Shown here one piece after another: positions 50,251 through 61,031 of a stretch of DNA of 64,000 bases. A program made the translations under genes and the position numbers. Position 1 is the first letter of the stretch. The number at the start of each line of letters is the position of its first letter. The notes below the pieces were generated by a model. It was given only the letters and a program-made list of their open reading frames with translations. It did no database searches and was not told the origin of the DNA. The stretch is from Nitrosospira multiformis (GTDB taxonomy: Bacteria; Pseudomonadota; Gammaproteobacteria; Burkholderiales; Nitrosomonadaceae): contig JAFKJB010000016.1 of NCBI GenBank assembly GCA_017306155.1, forward strand, positions 17,382 to 81,381, read 5' to 3'.

Positions 50251-50345
50251 GTTTTTTGCGATCGTAAAAAATGGACAGTTGAAGTCATCCGGGCCTGAGT
50301 TTTCGCAATGGTCTTTGCAATAGACCTGCCCCTGACACCAAAAAT

Positions 50346-51269
50346 ATGCAGATCAAGCATTTCTTACAGTTCAACGATTTTTCCCGGGAGGAATTCGAGT
50401 ATCTGTTCGAGCGCACGCGCTGGATCAAGCAGGAGTTCAAGCAATACCGGCGCTACTGGCCGCTGGAAGACCGTACACTGGCTATGATCTTCGACAAGCA
50501 TTCCACCCGCACCCGGCTTTCGTTTGAAGCTGGCATGCACCAACTGGGGGGGGCGGCAATCTATCTTTCCACTCGTGATACTCAGTTGGGGCGTGGCGAG
50601 CCGGTTGAAGATGCGGCGCGGGTGATCTCGCGGATGGTGGATATCGTCATGATCCGCACTCATGAGCATGATATCGTCAGGCGGTTTGCAGCGCATTCAC
50701 GTGTCCCGGTCATTAACGGACTGACCGATGAATATCACCCCTGCCAGATCATTGGGGATATTTTTACGTTCATCGAACATCATGGCAGCATTGCCGGCAA
50801 GACAGTGGCGTGGATAGGGGACTCCAACAACGTTTGCAATACGTGGCTTCAGGCAGCGGAAGTTTTCGATTTCAACGTGCATGTCTCCACGCCGCGGGGC
50901 TACGAAGTGGAGCCGGAACGGGCCGGTCTTTACGGGACAAGCCACTATGAGGAATTCATCGATCCACATGAGGCAGTAAAAGGCGCAGATCTCGTCACCA
51001 CGGATGTCTGGACCAGTATGGGATTCGAGGCCGAAACCGAGGAGCGGAAAAGGGACTTTGCGGACTTTCGGGTGGACGAGGAAATGATGTCGCATACCCG
51101 CAAGGATGCGTTGTTCATGCATTGCCTGCCTGCTCATCGCGGCGAGGAGGTGGCGGCGGAAGTGATAGACGGACCGCAATCGGTAGTATGGGACGAAGCG
51201 GAGAATCGGTTGCATACGCAAAAGGCGCTGATTGAATACCTGTTGCTGGGAAGGCTGGATAACGCCTGA
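50346..51269 (+). CDS. argF: Ornithine carbamoyltransferase
   Basis: STRTRLSFE, HPCQ, DVWTSMG, HCLP, ENRLH. Confidence 0.97.
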   Translation: MQIKHFLQFNDFSREEFEYLFERTRWIKQEFKQYRRYWPLEDRTLAMIFDKHSTRTRLSFEAGMHQLGGAAIYLSTRDTQLGRGEPVEDAARVISRMVDIVMIRTHEHDIVRRFAAHSRVPVINGLTDEYHPCQIIGDIFTFIEHHGSIAGKTVAWIGDSNNVCNTWLQAAEVFDFNVHVSTPRGYEVEPERAGLYGTSHYEEFIDPHEAVKGADLVTTDVWTSMGFEAETEERKRDFADFRVDEEMMSHTRKDALFMHCLPAHRGEEVAAEVIDGPQSVVWDEAENRLHTQKALIEYLLLGRLDNA

Positions 51270-51338
51270 TAGAGCAGGATTTTCAATATGAATTATCCGG
51301 CGAAGTCCAGCCGGCATTTTTTTATCAATGAGACAAGC

Positions 51339-52580
51339 ATGGGAAAAGAAAACAAGGCGAATGCCGCCGAGACCAAAAAAGTAGTCCTGGCATTTTCCGG
51401 GGGTCTGGATACATCGGTAATCCTGAAGTGGCTGCAGGATACTTATCGGTGCGAAGTTGTCACCTTCACCGCTGATATTGGCCAGGGGGAGGAGGTGGAA
51501 CCTGCCCGCGCAAAGGCGAAGCAACTTGGCGTGAGGGAAATTTTTATCGATGACTTGCGCGAAGAATTCGCGCGCGATTTCGTCTTTCCCATGTTTCGCG
51601 CCAATACCATTTATGAAGGAGAGTATCTGCTCGGCACCAGCATCGCCCGCCCGCTGATTGCCAAGCGCCAGATCGAAATCGCCCGGGAAACCGGAGCGGA
51701 CGCCGTGTCACACGGCGCGACCGGGAAAGGCAATGACCAGGTGCGTTTTGAACTCGGTTACTATGCGCTTCAACCGGATATCCGGGTGATTGCGCCCTGG
51801 CGCGAGTGGGATCTTACGTCCCGGGAAAAGCTTTTGAAATATGCGGAGCAGCATGGAATCCCGGTGGAAATGAAGAAAAAGGAAGGCTCTCCTTACAGCA
51901 TGGATGCCAACCTTCTGCATATTTCCTATGAGGGACGTATTCTCGAAGACCCCGCGCAGGAGCCGGAAGAGTCGATGTGGCGCTGGAGTGTTTCGCCAGA
52001 AAAAGCACCGGACAGTCCGGAATATATCGACCTCGAATTCAGGCAGGGCGATATCATTGCATTGAATGGGGAAGAGCTTTCGCCAGCGCGCCTGCTCGCC
52101 AGGCTCAATGAACTGGGAGGCAAGCACGGGATAGGGCGCCTGGACCTGGTCGAAAACCGCTATGTCGGGATGAAATCCCGCGGGTGTTACGAGACCCCGG
52201 GCGGCACGATCATGCTGCGTGCCCATCGAGCCATGGAATCCATTACACTGGACCGTGAAGTTGCACATTTGAAAGACGAGCTTATGCCACGCTATGCCGA
52301 ACTGATTTACAACGGTTATTGGTGGAGCCCCGAACGCAGAATGATGCAGACTATGATCGATGCGTCGCAGGCGCATGTGAACGGCTGGGTGCGGGTAAAG
52401 CTCTACAAGGGTAATGTGATTGTCGTGGGGAGAGACTCGAAAACGGATTCGCTGTTTGACCCCCACATCGCCACCTTCGAGGATGACCAGGGTGCGTACA
52501 ATCAGATGGATGCTGCCGGCTTCATCAGGTTGAACGCGCTCAGGATGCGGATTGCCGCCAATTTGAGAAGTCGCAGATAA
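51339..52580 (+). CDS. argG: Argininosuccinate synthase
   Basis: [35 protein letters not shown]; start at ATG 51339. Confidence 0.97.
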   Translation: MGKENKANAAETKKVVLAFSGGLDTSVILKWLQDTYRCEVVTFTADIGQGEEVEPARAKAKQLGVREIFIDDLREEFARDFVFPMFRANTIYEGEYLLGTSIARPLIAKRQIEIARETGADAVSHGATGKGNDQVRFELGYYALQPDIRVIAPWREWDLTSREKLLKYAEQHGIPVEMKKKEGSPYSMDANLLHISYEGRILEDPAQEPEESMWRWSVSPEKAPDSPEYIDLEFRQGDIIALNGEELSPARLLARLNELGGKHGIGRLDLVENRYVGMKSRGCYETPGGTIMLRAHRAMESITLDREVAHLKDELMPRYAELIYNGYWWSPERRMMQTMIDASQAHVNGWVRVKLYKGNVIVVGRDSKTDSLFDPHIATFEDDQGAYNQMDAAGFIRLNALRMRIAANLRSRR

Positions 52581-52758
52581 TCGCGCTGGAAATGACCGGC
52601 AGCAATGGAACAAGCAAAGTTGTTGAAAGTTGCCAGGCATTCCGGGGAATCGGGAGGCGAAGCCTGCACATCCTGAATGATGCATGAATAGAGCAGCGCC
52701 AGCGTGGAGGAAGGCCTGATTTATGAAAACTTCATGAAATTACTTTGAGAAGATTGAT

Positions 52759-53244
52759 ATGCCATCATTCGATATCGTTTCCGAAGTCGACAAACAGGAA
52801 GTTAGAAACGCAGTTGACCAAGTGAATAAGGAAGTGGGCACGCGCTTCGACTTCAAGGGCTCTGATGCCCGCGTGGAGCAGGCGGATTATACGCTTACTG
52901 TTTTTGCCGACGATGAATTCAAGCTGGACCAGGTGTTCGACATCCTGACCACCAGACTGGCCAAGCGGAATGTCGACGTGCGCTCCCTGGACAAGAGCCA
53001 GGTGGAAAAAATCAGCGGCAACAAGGTAAAGCAGATCGTCACCGTAAAAACCGGCGTGGAAAGCGAACTGGCTAAAAAAATTATCAGGCTCATCAAGGAC
53101 AGCAAACTCAAGGTGCAAGGCAGCATTCAGGGGGATACCGTGCGTGTTTCAGGCGCAAAGCGGGATACCTTGCAAGAGGCCATCCAACTGGTCAAGAAAT
53201 CGGTCACGGATTTTCCCCTGCAATTTCAGAATTTCCGCGATTGA
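52759..53244 (+). CDS. yajQ: YajQ-family nucleotide/c-di-GMP-binding protein
   Basis: [34 protein letters not shown]. Confidence 0.96.
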   Translation: MPSFDIVSEVDKQEVRNAVDQVNKEVGTRFDFKGSDARVEQADYTLTVFADDEFKLDQVFDILTTRLAKRNVDVRSLDKSQVEKISGNKVKQIVTVKTGVESELAKKIIRLIKDSKLKVQGSIQGDTVRVSGAKRDTLQEAIQLVKKSVTDFPLQFQNFRD

Positions 53245-53252
53245 TCGATTGA

Positions 53253-53957
53253 TCAATGAGCGATCCCGTTGATCCATTTTGCATACAAGCGATCGGCCAC
53301 CTGGTTTAACGTCCCTATCCGGCTGGACAGATCCGCTTGCATTGCCTCTGCAGGCTGCACCGCGGGGCCTGGGCTTGAAGCAATTTCCTCCATACCGTGA
53401 CTGCACCAGGCTTTCACCATTTCTTCGGTCATTTCCACATGACACTGCAATCCCAAGTGTTTGTCCAGTGCGAATGCCTGATTTTTACACCAGGGGCTGG
53501 AAAGCAACAGTGTGGCGTTATGCGGGAGAGTAAAACTCTCGCCATGCCAGTGGAACACTTCGCACTTTGACAGATTCCCGAACCACTCCCGGGTTGGCTG
53601 ATTATCGGCAGTGCTTGCCTCACCCCAGCCGATTTCCTTGACCGGGCTTTTGGAAACCACTCCTCCCAGTGCCTTCGCCATTAATTGACCACCAAGGCAG
53701 TGCCCCAATACAGGAGTATTGTTTGCTACTGCCTGGCGAATCAACAAGAGTTCATTTCTGATCCAGGGCAAATCATCATTTACGCTCATCGGGCCACCCA
53801 TGAATACCAGGCCGCCGAATTGACCCGCGTCGGCAGGTACACTTTCATCAGCATCGATTTTTATGAGTTGCCAGGGGATGGCATGACGATCGAGAAACGT
53901 GGTGAAATAGCCCGGCCCTTCGATTGGAAAATGCCTGAAGATTGCGACCGGCTTCAT
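53253..53957 (-). CDS. Type 1 glutamine amidotransferase
   Basis: MGGPMSVND, GHCLGGQL, WHGE, QCHVE. Confidence 0.88.
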   Translation of the reverse strand: MKPVAIFRHFPIEGPGYFTTFLDRHAIPWQLIKIDADESVPADAGQFGGLVFMGGPMSVNDDLPWIRNELLLIRQAVANNTPVLGHCLGGQLMAKALGGVVSKSPVKEIGWGEASTADNQPTREWFGNLSKCEVFHWHGESFTLPHNATLLLSSPWCKNQAFALDKHLGLQCHVEMTEEMVKAWCSHGMEEIASSPGPAVQPAEAMQADLSSRIGTLNQVADRLYAKWINGIAH

Positions 53958-54017
53958 GGATGTGTTTGTACTCCGCTCGCTGGCCAGCAGGAATGGGAGA
54001 AAAGGAAATCCAGATAT

Positions 54018-54545
54018 TTAGTACTGGTCGGCGGGGAGCCAGGAGGCTATCTCCGCGTCCGCAATCACCCTCTGGCCGGTAACCTGGATGCCATCAAAAT
54101 CTGCGCGCTCGTGTGCGCCCACGAGATAAGTTCCAGCCTTAACCACGATTTCAACCTGTCCATTCGCCACGGCGACGCTACCGCCGCCGGTGCGCTTGCT
54201 GACACTGAAACGGGTGCCGTTGTCCCTGATGTAGGTGGTACCCACCTTTAGATTCAGTTTTCCGGGCTGGTTGCCCCTGACATCAAAAAAGGCATTGCCT
54301 CGCAACAGTTCAATCCCGCTGGGTTCGGTATTGGTGACAGCAACACTGCTGTTGGCATCGAGGCTGATCGCGATATCGGGCGTTGCAAGAACAGTGAGCC
54401 GCTGGCCGGGAATGGTTTCATGGAGACGTGTCTTTATCGGCGCGGCAATGAACCAGGATAACAGGCCGAGCCCTACGGCGGTGGCTACGATGGAGCCATG
54501 CACCACGAACGGTACCCACCGCCGGTCGCGGATTATGTCAGGCAT
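54018..54545 (-). CDS. Short FecR-domain protein (one TM + FecR domain)
   Basis: LDANSSV, LLRGNAFFDV, GTRFSV, VAVANGQV, ASW. Confidence 0.78.
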   Translation of the reverse strand: MPDIIRDRRWVPFVVHGSIVATAVGLGLLSWFIAAPIKTRLHETIPGQRLTVLATPDIAISLDANSSVAVTNTEPSGIELLRGNAFFDVRGNQPGKLNLKVGTTYIRDNGTRFSVSKRTGGGSVAVANGQVEIVVKAGTYLVGAHERADFDGIQVTGQRVIADAEIASWLPADQY

Positions 54546-54646
54546 GCAACTATACCCTCGCAATGACGAAGCGTTTGCCGGTGTGTCTGTCAGGGCTTGA
54601 ATTGACCGTGATCGATATTCCTTCTGCAGTCGTGCTTCGGCAACTG

Positions 54647-55066
54647 TTATTTTTTTGAAGGGTCGGTAACGAAACCTATTCGCACCAGTCCCGCCTTTGC
54701 TGCAATGGACATTACCTGCGCTACATGCTCATAGTGGACATGTTTGTCGGCGCGGATATGAAGCTCGATATTTGGATTTTGCCCTACCGCCTCAGTGAAC
54801 CGCGGCGCCAGTTGTTCCATTGTAACCGATTCACCGTTCCAGTAAAGACTGGAGTCATCACGCAGTGCGAATTCCACGTGCTCCGGTTGAGTGATGTTTG
54901 GGCTGCTCGATGCTTTCGGCAGGTCGATTTTAACAGAATGTGTAAGCAGCGGCGCCGTAATGATAAAAATCACCAGCAGTACCAGCATCACGTCCACCAG
55001 TGGTACGACGTTGATTTCAGCCATTGGTAGCTGCCGGTTACTGCTGTTCATGCTGCCGAACGCCAT
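54647..55066 (-). CDS. exbD: ExbD
   Basis: EINVVPLVDVMLVLL, IRADK. Confidence 0.93.
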   Translation of the reverse strand: MAFGSMNSSNRQLPMAEINVVPLVDVMLVLLVIFIITAPLLTHSVKIDLPKASSSPNITQPEHVEFALRDDSSLYWNGESVTMEQLAPRFTEAVGQNPNIELHIRADKHVHYEHVAQVMSIAAKAGLVRIGFVTDPSKK

Positions 55067-55830
55067 TACAGTCTCCTCTCACCGGGTGCCGCTGCGGGGG
55101 AAACCAACGGAGTAACCACCCGCAAGGAACGCTCATCGCCGGGAGCTCCGCCTATTTTCGTTCCAACCGTAATGAGGACAAAAAGATCATGGGCAAAGGC
55201 ATCGAGCCGCGCCAGCCAGATGCGGTTGCGCCGTACAAATGTGTTATAGGCCAAAACCGCGGGAATTGCCACCGCCAGCCCAAGCGCTGTCATGATCAAC
55301 GCTTCTCCCACGGGGCCTGCTACCTTGTCCAGCGTACCTTGCCCGGATAATCCGATTTGGATCAAGGCGTGATAGATGCCCCATACCGTCCCAAACAAGC
55401 CGATATAGGGGGCAGCCGAACCTGCGGATGCGATCACGGTAAGACCATTTTCCACCTGCGCCGCTTCCTGGTCGAGGCCATTGCGCAGTATGCGGGTGAT
55501 GAATTCGCTCGCGCCGCCCGCTGCCGCAAGATTCTGCAATCCATGTTTTTCCGAATCGGCGGCTGCGTTCATTGCCAGCCGGGCAAGCTGCGCAAAGGCG
55601 TTGTCATCCGAATCCTCTTTCAGCGTCGAATTGACTTCCTGCAACGAACCCGCGCTCCAGAAACGCTTGAGAAAGGTGTCAGCCCGCTTTCCCACCATGA
55701 TATTGGAGATACCCTTGGTCAGTATGAGATACCAGCTTGCTACAGAGAGCGCAAGCAGCAGTATGAGCACCGTCATACCGACGCCGTCGAGCTGCGCCAG
55801 AAAATTTGAAAATCCGAGACCTGTTTGCAT
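55066..55830 (-). CDS. exbB: ExbB
   Basis: APYIGLFGTVWGIY, GEALIMTALGLAVAIPA. Confidence 0.93.
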   Translation of the reverse strand: MQTGLGFSNFLAQLDGVGMTVLILLLALSVASWYLILTKGISNIMVGKRADTFLKRFWSAGSLQEVNSTLKEDSDDNAFAQLARLAMNAAADSEKHGLQNLAAAGGASEFITRILRNGLDQEAAQVENGLTVIASAGSAAPYIGLFGTVWGIYHALIQIGLSGQGTLDKVAGPVGEALIMTALGLAVAIPAVLAYNTFVRRNRIWLARLDAFAHDLFVLITVGTKIGGAPGDERSLRVVTPLVSPAAAPGERRL

Positions 55831-55835
55831 TTAGG

Positions 55836-56516
55836 TTAATCTCCTTGGAGTACAAAGTTGAAGGGTTGCAGGGCAACAGCCCGCACCGGCTGACCATTGC
55901 GTACGGTGGGTGTGCAGCGCCAGGTTTTGACAGCGGTCATGGCAGCTTCGTCCAGCCGTTTAAAACCACTGCTGTTCACTATGTGTGCCACATTGACGAA
56001 TCCTTTTTCATCCAGTTCCACTCTTAATACGAGCTTTCCTTCCTCGCCGAGCCGTTTCGAAAGCGCCGGATAAGTCGGCGCATTCAAGTGAGGACACGCA
56101 ACCGATAATTCCGAGGAAAGCGAAACCGGGCCAGCCGGCATTTGCGGCGCAGGCGCTGCTTCCACTACCGGTTCGGGTTCGGCTTCAGGCTCGGCTTCGA
56201 GTTCCGGCTCCGGTGGAGGCGCGACCGGTTCGCTTTCGGTCAGTGGCGGCGCCTTTGCAACGAGTTGCTGAGGTTGCGGTTTCTTTACAGGTTTAGGTTT
56301 GGGCTTCGGCGGAGGAGGTGGCGTTTCAGGCTTGGCCTCCTCTTTCGGTTGGGGCGCAGGAATGAAATTTACTATCAGTGTCGCTAATTGTTCCGGTGGG
56401 GGAATCAACTGTTGTTTGAACAGGAAATAAAGCAATCCGGCGTGGATCACGACGACGAACATCAAACCCGACAAGGATATGCTGTTGTGCTTCAAGGTCA
56501 TTGCCTGCCCAGTCAT
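55836..56516 (-). CDS. tonB: TonB energy transducer
   Basis: N-terminal TM with IHAG, Pro/Glu-rich linker, YP.LSKRLGEEG, SSGFKRLDEAA. Confidence 0.92.
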   Translation of the reverse strand: MTGQAMTLKHNSISLSGLMFVVVIHAGLLYFLFKQQLIPPPEQLATLIVNFIPAPQPKEEAKPETPPPPPKPKPKPVKKPQPQQLVAKAPPLTESEPVAPPPEPELEAEPEAEPEPVVEAAPAPQMPAGPVSLSSELSVACPHLNAPTYPALSKRLGEEGKLVLRVELDEKGFVNVAHIVNSSGFKRLDEAAMTAVKTWRCTPTVRNGQPVRAVALQPFNFVLQGD

Positions 56517-56517
56517 C

Positions 56518-57087
56518 TCAGTGCTTTCCATTGGCGGTATCGACAGCATTTCGCGCCAGCCATTCCTCGACGAGCGACTTGTTGATCAGGCCCATCCTGA
56601 CCATGCGCTGGTGTTTCTGATCATAGAAATAAGTCCGCGGTACTTCGCCGTACCAGCGGCCGTCGATTTCCTGGCGCAGACGTTCCGGCATATCCTCTGC
56701 GAAAACCCATTGTTCGAACTTGGCAGTTCCATAGTTTGCCGCCCGGTCAGCGAGTTGAGACATGTCATCGATCGTATCGGTCGCAATCAGTACCACATCC
56801 AGCCCGGGGTGACTCTTTTCAAGCTCGCTCAGCATTTTGAGTTCAGTGGGGCAATACTGGCAATCGAGGGACCAGAGGACGAGAATGAAAGGTTTGTCCG
56901 GCCGGGATGCAAGCACTTGCTCGAGGCTTCCCGATGTAAAAGGGCGAATACTTTCCGCCGCGGCGGCGATGCCGGCAGCACCAAGGAAGAACATCAGTAC
57001 GAGCGCCATCCGAAGCACACGCCTGCCAGGATTGCTGGCCAGATCGCGGAGCGCCGGGGCAGATTGAAGTTTTAGAGTACCGGGCAT
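56518..57087 (-). CDS. Exported TlpA/thioredoxin-like protein
   Basis: Signal peptide, WSLDCQYC, GEVPRTYF. Confidence 0.8.
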   Translation of the reverse strand: MPGTLKLQSAPALRDLASNPGRRVLRMALVLMFFLGAAGIAAAAESIRPFTSGSLEQVLASRPDKPFILVLWSLDCQYCPTELKMLSELEKSHPGLDVVLIATDTIDDMSQLADRAANYGTAKFEQWVFAEDMPERLRQEIDGRWYGEVPRTYFYDQKHQRMVRMGLINKSLVEEWLARNAVDTANGKH

Positions 57088-57103
57088 TGGTAATGTAAAT
57101 CTA

Positions 57104-57120
57104 ATTAAGAATCACTTGCA
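57104..57120. promoter_or_regulatory. Possible Fur-like operator
   Basis: ATTAAGAATCACTTGCA just upstream of tlpA-tonB; only about 10/19 to the classical box. Confidence 0.3.
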
Positions 57121-57567
57121 ATTCAAGGCGGAATTGTACCACTAACAGACGCCTGCACAAATATTCGAATGCAGTTTCAGAACTTTTGGTCAACTTTTCT
57201 CAACTTTGGGAAGGAATTTTCGATATCTCTGATGATTCCGTCGCCATGATAAGCAGGAAAAAGCATTATCGCAATGTGACAAATTGTCGCAGGAGCAAAA
57301 GATAGTCTCTCCGAAAACGTCCTTTCAATTTCCTTTCTTCAGAACTCAAATGCGGCGTCTGGTTCCCCGCCATATGGAGCATGGGATCATGAAGACCGTA
57401 TTTCTTCATACCTTGCTCAAGCCTGTCCCGGGGAACATACGAATAAACTTCATTTGCCATTATCTGCTTTGTTAAAACAGCTACAGTAATCCGCCAAAAG
57501 TTTGCTAACATTGCCGCCGGTGGGGGAGTTTGCTCCTGTTCTTTCATCTTCCGAGAGGCGAATCGTC

Positions 57568-58143
57568 CTGGCTACAAAACAGGAATTTTCGAATTTTCTG
57601 GCTGAAATCGAACGGCGCGCCTATAAGCAAGCTTTGTTTGCCATACGCGATGAACATCTTGCCCTGGATATTGTTCAGGATTCGATGATGAAGCTTGTCG
57701 AGAAATATTCGGCCAAGCCCCTGGAAGAATTACCTCTCCTGTTTCAACGCATCCTGCAAAATACTATCCGGGATTTTTATCGTCGACAGAAAACGCGCTC
57801 ACTGTGGACCACGCTGTTTTCAGCATTCATTCCTTCCGATCATGAAAAGGAAAGCGACGATTTCGATCTGCTGGAAACTTTGCAATCCGATGCGTCATCA
57901 TCTAAGGTTAATGATCCCCACCGGCAACTCGAGCAGTCGCAACTTATCCATCTGCTCGAGAGGGCTATTGAAACCCTGCCGGCACGTCAACGCGAGGCTT
58001 TTCTACTGCGTTACTGGGAGGAAATGAATGTTATGGAAACTGCGAAAATCATGGGGTGTTCTGAAGGGAGCGTGAAAACGCACTGTTCCCGTGCAGTTCA
58101 CGCACTTGCCGCAATGTTGAAAAAACATGGAATCGGGCTATGA
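57568..58143 (+). CDS. ECF RNA polymerase sigma factor (probable CTG start)
   Basis: ALDIVQDSMMKL, LPARQREAFLLRYWE, SEGSVKTHCSRA; SD-like GAGAGG before CTG 57568. Confidence 0.88.
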   Translation: MATKQEFSNFLAEIERRAYKQALFAIRDEHLALDIVQDSMMKLVEKYSAKPLEELPLLFQRILQNTIRDFYRRQKTRSLWTTLFSAFIPSDHEKESDDFDLLETLQSDASSSKVNDPHRQLEQSQLIHLLERAIETLPARQREAFLLRYWEEMNVMETAKIMGCSEGSVKTHCSRAVHALAAMLKKHGIGL

Positions 58144-58517
58144 GTGAAACTGATGTAGGGAGGGAAGTGTCGCGGTTGCTGGATCGGGGACTTGATGACA
58201 TCAAGCAGGGTACGTTAAACCGTCTCCAATCTGCGCGTCGGGCTTCTCTGGAAAATTACCATATGGCGGAAACAGTCGTCCATCTTGGCCAGAGCGGCCA
58301 GGTCGCTTCATCGCGAGGAGGGCATCACGGTCATTCGCGGGCTGGCAAGTTGTTATCGGTGATAACATTGTTGCTGGCTTTGGCGGGGGCCATTTATTGG
58401 CAGAACTTGCAGCAGAGCGATGAGAATGAAGAAATCGAGATAATGCTGCTCGTGGATGATCTGCCGATAGATGCCTATCTGGACGATGAGTTCGGTGAAT
58501 GGTTAAATCAGTCGTAG
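58140..58517 (+). CDS. DUF3619-like putative anti-sigma membrane protein
   Basis: RLQSARRASL, one TM, LLVDDLPIDAYLDDEFGEWL; ATGA overlap with sigma gene. Confidence 0.8.
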   Translation: MSETDVGREVSRLLDRGLDDIKQGTLNRLQSARRASLENYHMAETVVHLGQSGQVASSRGGHHGHSRAGKLLSVITLLLALAGAIYWQNLQQSDENEEIEIMLLVDDLPIDAYLDDEFGEWLNQS

Positions 58518-58864
58518 CCATTATATCGGCGCTGTGCCTGTTAATTTCGATCCCGGTTGAAGCAGGGCAACCTGCCTGGGAAGAATTGAAGCCTCAGCAA
58601 AAGGAGGCGTTGGCCCCGCTTGCGCAGGAGTGGAACGGAATGGATCCTGCAAAGAAGAAAAAATGGCTGGGCATTGCCCAACGCTATCCACATATGACAT
58701 CCGAAGAGCAGCACCGGACCCAGTTGCAGATGCGGGATTGGTATTCTCTGACCCCTGAACAGCGGGAACTGGTACGTGAGAAGTATAAAACCATCAAGAA
58801 ATTACCGCCGGAAAAGCGCCAGGAAATAAAGCGCAAGTGGCGTGAGCATGAGCACCAGCAATGA
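58499..58864 (+). CDS. DUF3106-like exported helical protein
   Basis: W.EL.PQQK..LAPL...W, W..LTPEQR repeats. Confidence 0.8.
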   Translation: MVKSVVAIISALCLLISIPVEAGQPAWEELKPQQKEALAPLAQEWNGMDPAKKKKWLGIAQRYPHMTSEEQHRTQLQMRDWYSLTPEQRELVREKYKTIKKLPPEKRQEIKRKWREHEHQQ

Positions 58865-58994
58865 AGCGTTCCACTGGAGCAGGCGGCTTGACAGGCAGGC
58901 GTCTCTGGCTTCCTGAGTTGTTTCCTGTTTTTTCTCGATACTGCGCTGCAATAAGACCAATACGAAAGCCTTTCTGAATGAATTTTCCGATATC

Positions 58995-59411
58995 ATGAAA
59001 ATTTCCGCACCGGGACTGGGGCGGAGACTGCTGGGTATGCTGTACGAATCACTGATTCTGGTTGCGATTCTGTTTATCGCCAGCTTCGTTTTTCATCTTG
59101 CCTTCCGGGATACCAGTTCCGTTTTTTTTCGACCCGCATTCCAGCTTTACCTGCTCGTGGTTGCAGGCATTTATTTCACCTGGTTCTGGACCCACGGTGG
59201 GCAGACATTGCCCATGCAAACCTGGAAGCTGCGTGTAATCCGTGCCGACGGAGGTCACCTTAATCTGAAGCAGGCGCTCGCGCGCTATCTCTTTGCCGTC
59301 CTCGGCATCTTTTTGCTCGGCTGCGGGATATTGTGGGCGTTATTCGACCGGGATGGATTGTTCCTGCATGATCGGCTTGCGGGTACCCGGATCGTGAAGA
59401 TCGAGCAGTAG
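58995..59411 (+). CDS. RDD-family membrane protein
   Basis: RRLLGMLYE, GQTLPMQTWKLRV, LHDRLAGTRIV. Confidence 0.9.
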   Translation: MKISAPGLGRRLLGMLYESLILVAILFIASFVFHLAFRDTSSVFFRPAFQLYLLVVAGIYFTWFWTHGGQTLPMQTWKLRVIRADGGHLNLKQALARYLFAVLGIFLLGCGILWALFDRDGLFLHDRLAGTRIVKIEQ

Positions 59412-59529
59412 AATATCCCATCTGGCAGATCGAACGTATTATGGATCGAAAGCTGCAACCGAACCCGCAGCTCCAAGGTCATCTCCGATCAGATCTGGAA
59501 CCGCGGCGTATCTGTATCCGGCATTGAGG

Positions 59530-60990
59530 CTACGCTGTTCCTCCCACTGTCAGCCCATCTATGCGAAGAGTTGGCTGGCCCACGCCTACCGGCACGCTCT
59601 GGCCTTCCTTGCCACAGGTGCCCACGCCGGGATCAAGCGACAGATCGTTACCGATCATCGAAACGCGGGTGAGTATATCGGGACCGTTGCCGATCAGGGT
59701 GGCGCCTTTCACCGGATACGAAATTTTTCCATTTTCGATCATATAAGCTTCCGCAGCCGAAAATACGAATTTCCCGCTGGTGATGTCCACTTGTCCTCCG
59801 CCGAAATTGACCGCATATAACCCGTGCTTCACGGAAGCGATGATTTCTTCCGGGGTCTTGTCTCCATTCAGCATATACGTATTTGTCATGCGCGGCATGG
59901 GAATGTGCGCAAATGATTCGCGTCTCGCATTTCCAGTGACGGGAACGTTCATCAGCCTTGCATTCAGGCTGTCCTGTAAATAACCCTTGAGTATTCCGTT
60001 TTCAATCAGCACTGTGCACTGCGTGGGATTCCCTTCGTCATCGACATTGAGCGAACCCCGCCGACGTGCAATAGTGCCGTCATCCACCACCGTCACTCCC
60101 GGTGCAGCCACGCGTTCGCCGATTCGACCCGCAAATGCGGAACTTCCCTTGCGGTTGAAGTCTCCTTCCAACCCGTGGCCGATGGCCTCATGCAACAGTA
60201 TTCCCGGCCAGCCCGCACCGAGCACCACGGTCATGGTTCCGGCAGGCGCCGGTTTTGCATGCAGGTTAACGACCGCCTGGTGTACCGCTTTTGCAGCATA
60301 GTCGCGCAGTACTTCATCCGTGAAGTATGCATAATCGAAGCGTCCTCCTCCTCCTGCAACGCCTTGCTCACGGTTGCCGTTTTCCTCGGCGATAACCTGC
60401 AGTGAGAGCCGTACAAGCGGACGCACATCGGCTGCCAGAAGACCATCACTGCGGGCAACGAGAACCACTTCGTATTCCCCTGAGAGGGAAGCCATGACCT
60501 GGATAACACGTTTGTCCAGCGCCCGCGCATAACCCTCGAGCTTTTCGAGCAAAGCCACCTTGTCCGTATCCTTGAGGCTGGCAATCGGGTCCTCCGGCAG
60601 ATAAAGTTCGCGCCCCTTGCTGCGTTTGACGGCCTGTACCGATTGCGTGACGCCATGCCGCGCAATCGCTCGCGTGGCTTGTGCGGCGGACACCAGCGCA
60701 GGCATGCTGATGTCGTCCGAATACGCAAAAGCGGTCTTGTCTCCGCTGACTGCGCGTACACCCACGCCCTGATCGATATTAAAGCTGCCGGATTTGACTA
60801 TGCCTTCTTCCAGGGCCCAGCCCTCGGCCCGGCTATACTGAAAATACAGGTCGGCATAATCGATGCGGTGCGCAAGCATCTGGCCGAACACGTTCTGCAA
60901 CCCGGTTGCATCCAGTTCATGAGGCGCAAGCAGACAGTTGCTGGCGGTCGCGAAAAGATCGTTAACCTGGATAGTCTGTTCTGTAATCAT
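59530..60990 (-). CDS. tldD: Metalloprotease TldD
   Basis: [41 protein letters not shown]. Confidence 0.97.
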   Translation of the reverse strand: MITEQTIQVNDLFATASNCLLAPHELDATGLQNVFGQMLAHRIDYADLYFQYSRAEGWALEEGIVKSGSFNIDQGVGVRAVSGDKTAFAYSDDISMPALVSAAQATRAIARHGVTQSVQAVKRSKGRELYLPEDPIASLKDTDKVALLEKLEGYARALDKRVIQVMASLSGEYEVVLVARSDGLLAADVRPLVRLSLQVIAEENGNREQGVAGGGGRFDYAYFTDEVLRDYAAKAVHQAVVNLHAKPAPAGTMTVVLGAGWPGILLHEAIGHGLEGDFNRKGSSAFAGRIGERVAAPGVTVVDDGTIARRRGSLNVDDEGNPTQCTVLIENGILKGYLQDSLNARLMNVPVTGNARRESFAHIPMPRMTNTYMLNGDKTPEEIIASVKHGLYAVNFGGGQVDITSGKFVFSAAEAYMIENGKISYPVKGATLIGNGPDILTRVSMIGNDLSLDPGVGTCGKEGQSVPVGVGQPTLRIDGLTVGGTA

Positions 60991-61031
60991 GGTAGTTAGT
61001 GGTGAAGAAGGAGAACAAGGTTCAATGGAAT

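Noticed and set aside
50697-52685. Antisense ORFs over argF/argG
   Set aside because: Shadows of well-supported genes.
57266-57547. 93-aa minus-strand ORF between tlpA and the sigma gene
   Set aside because: No recognisable family or SD; overlaps the likely promoter region. Cannot be fully excluded.
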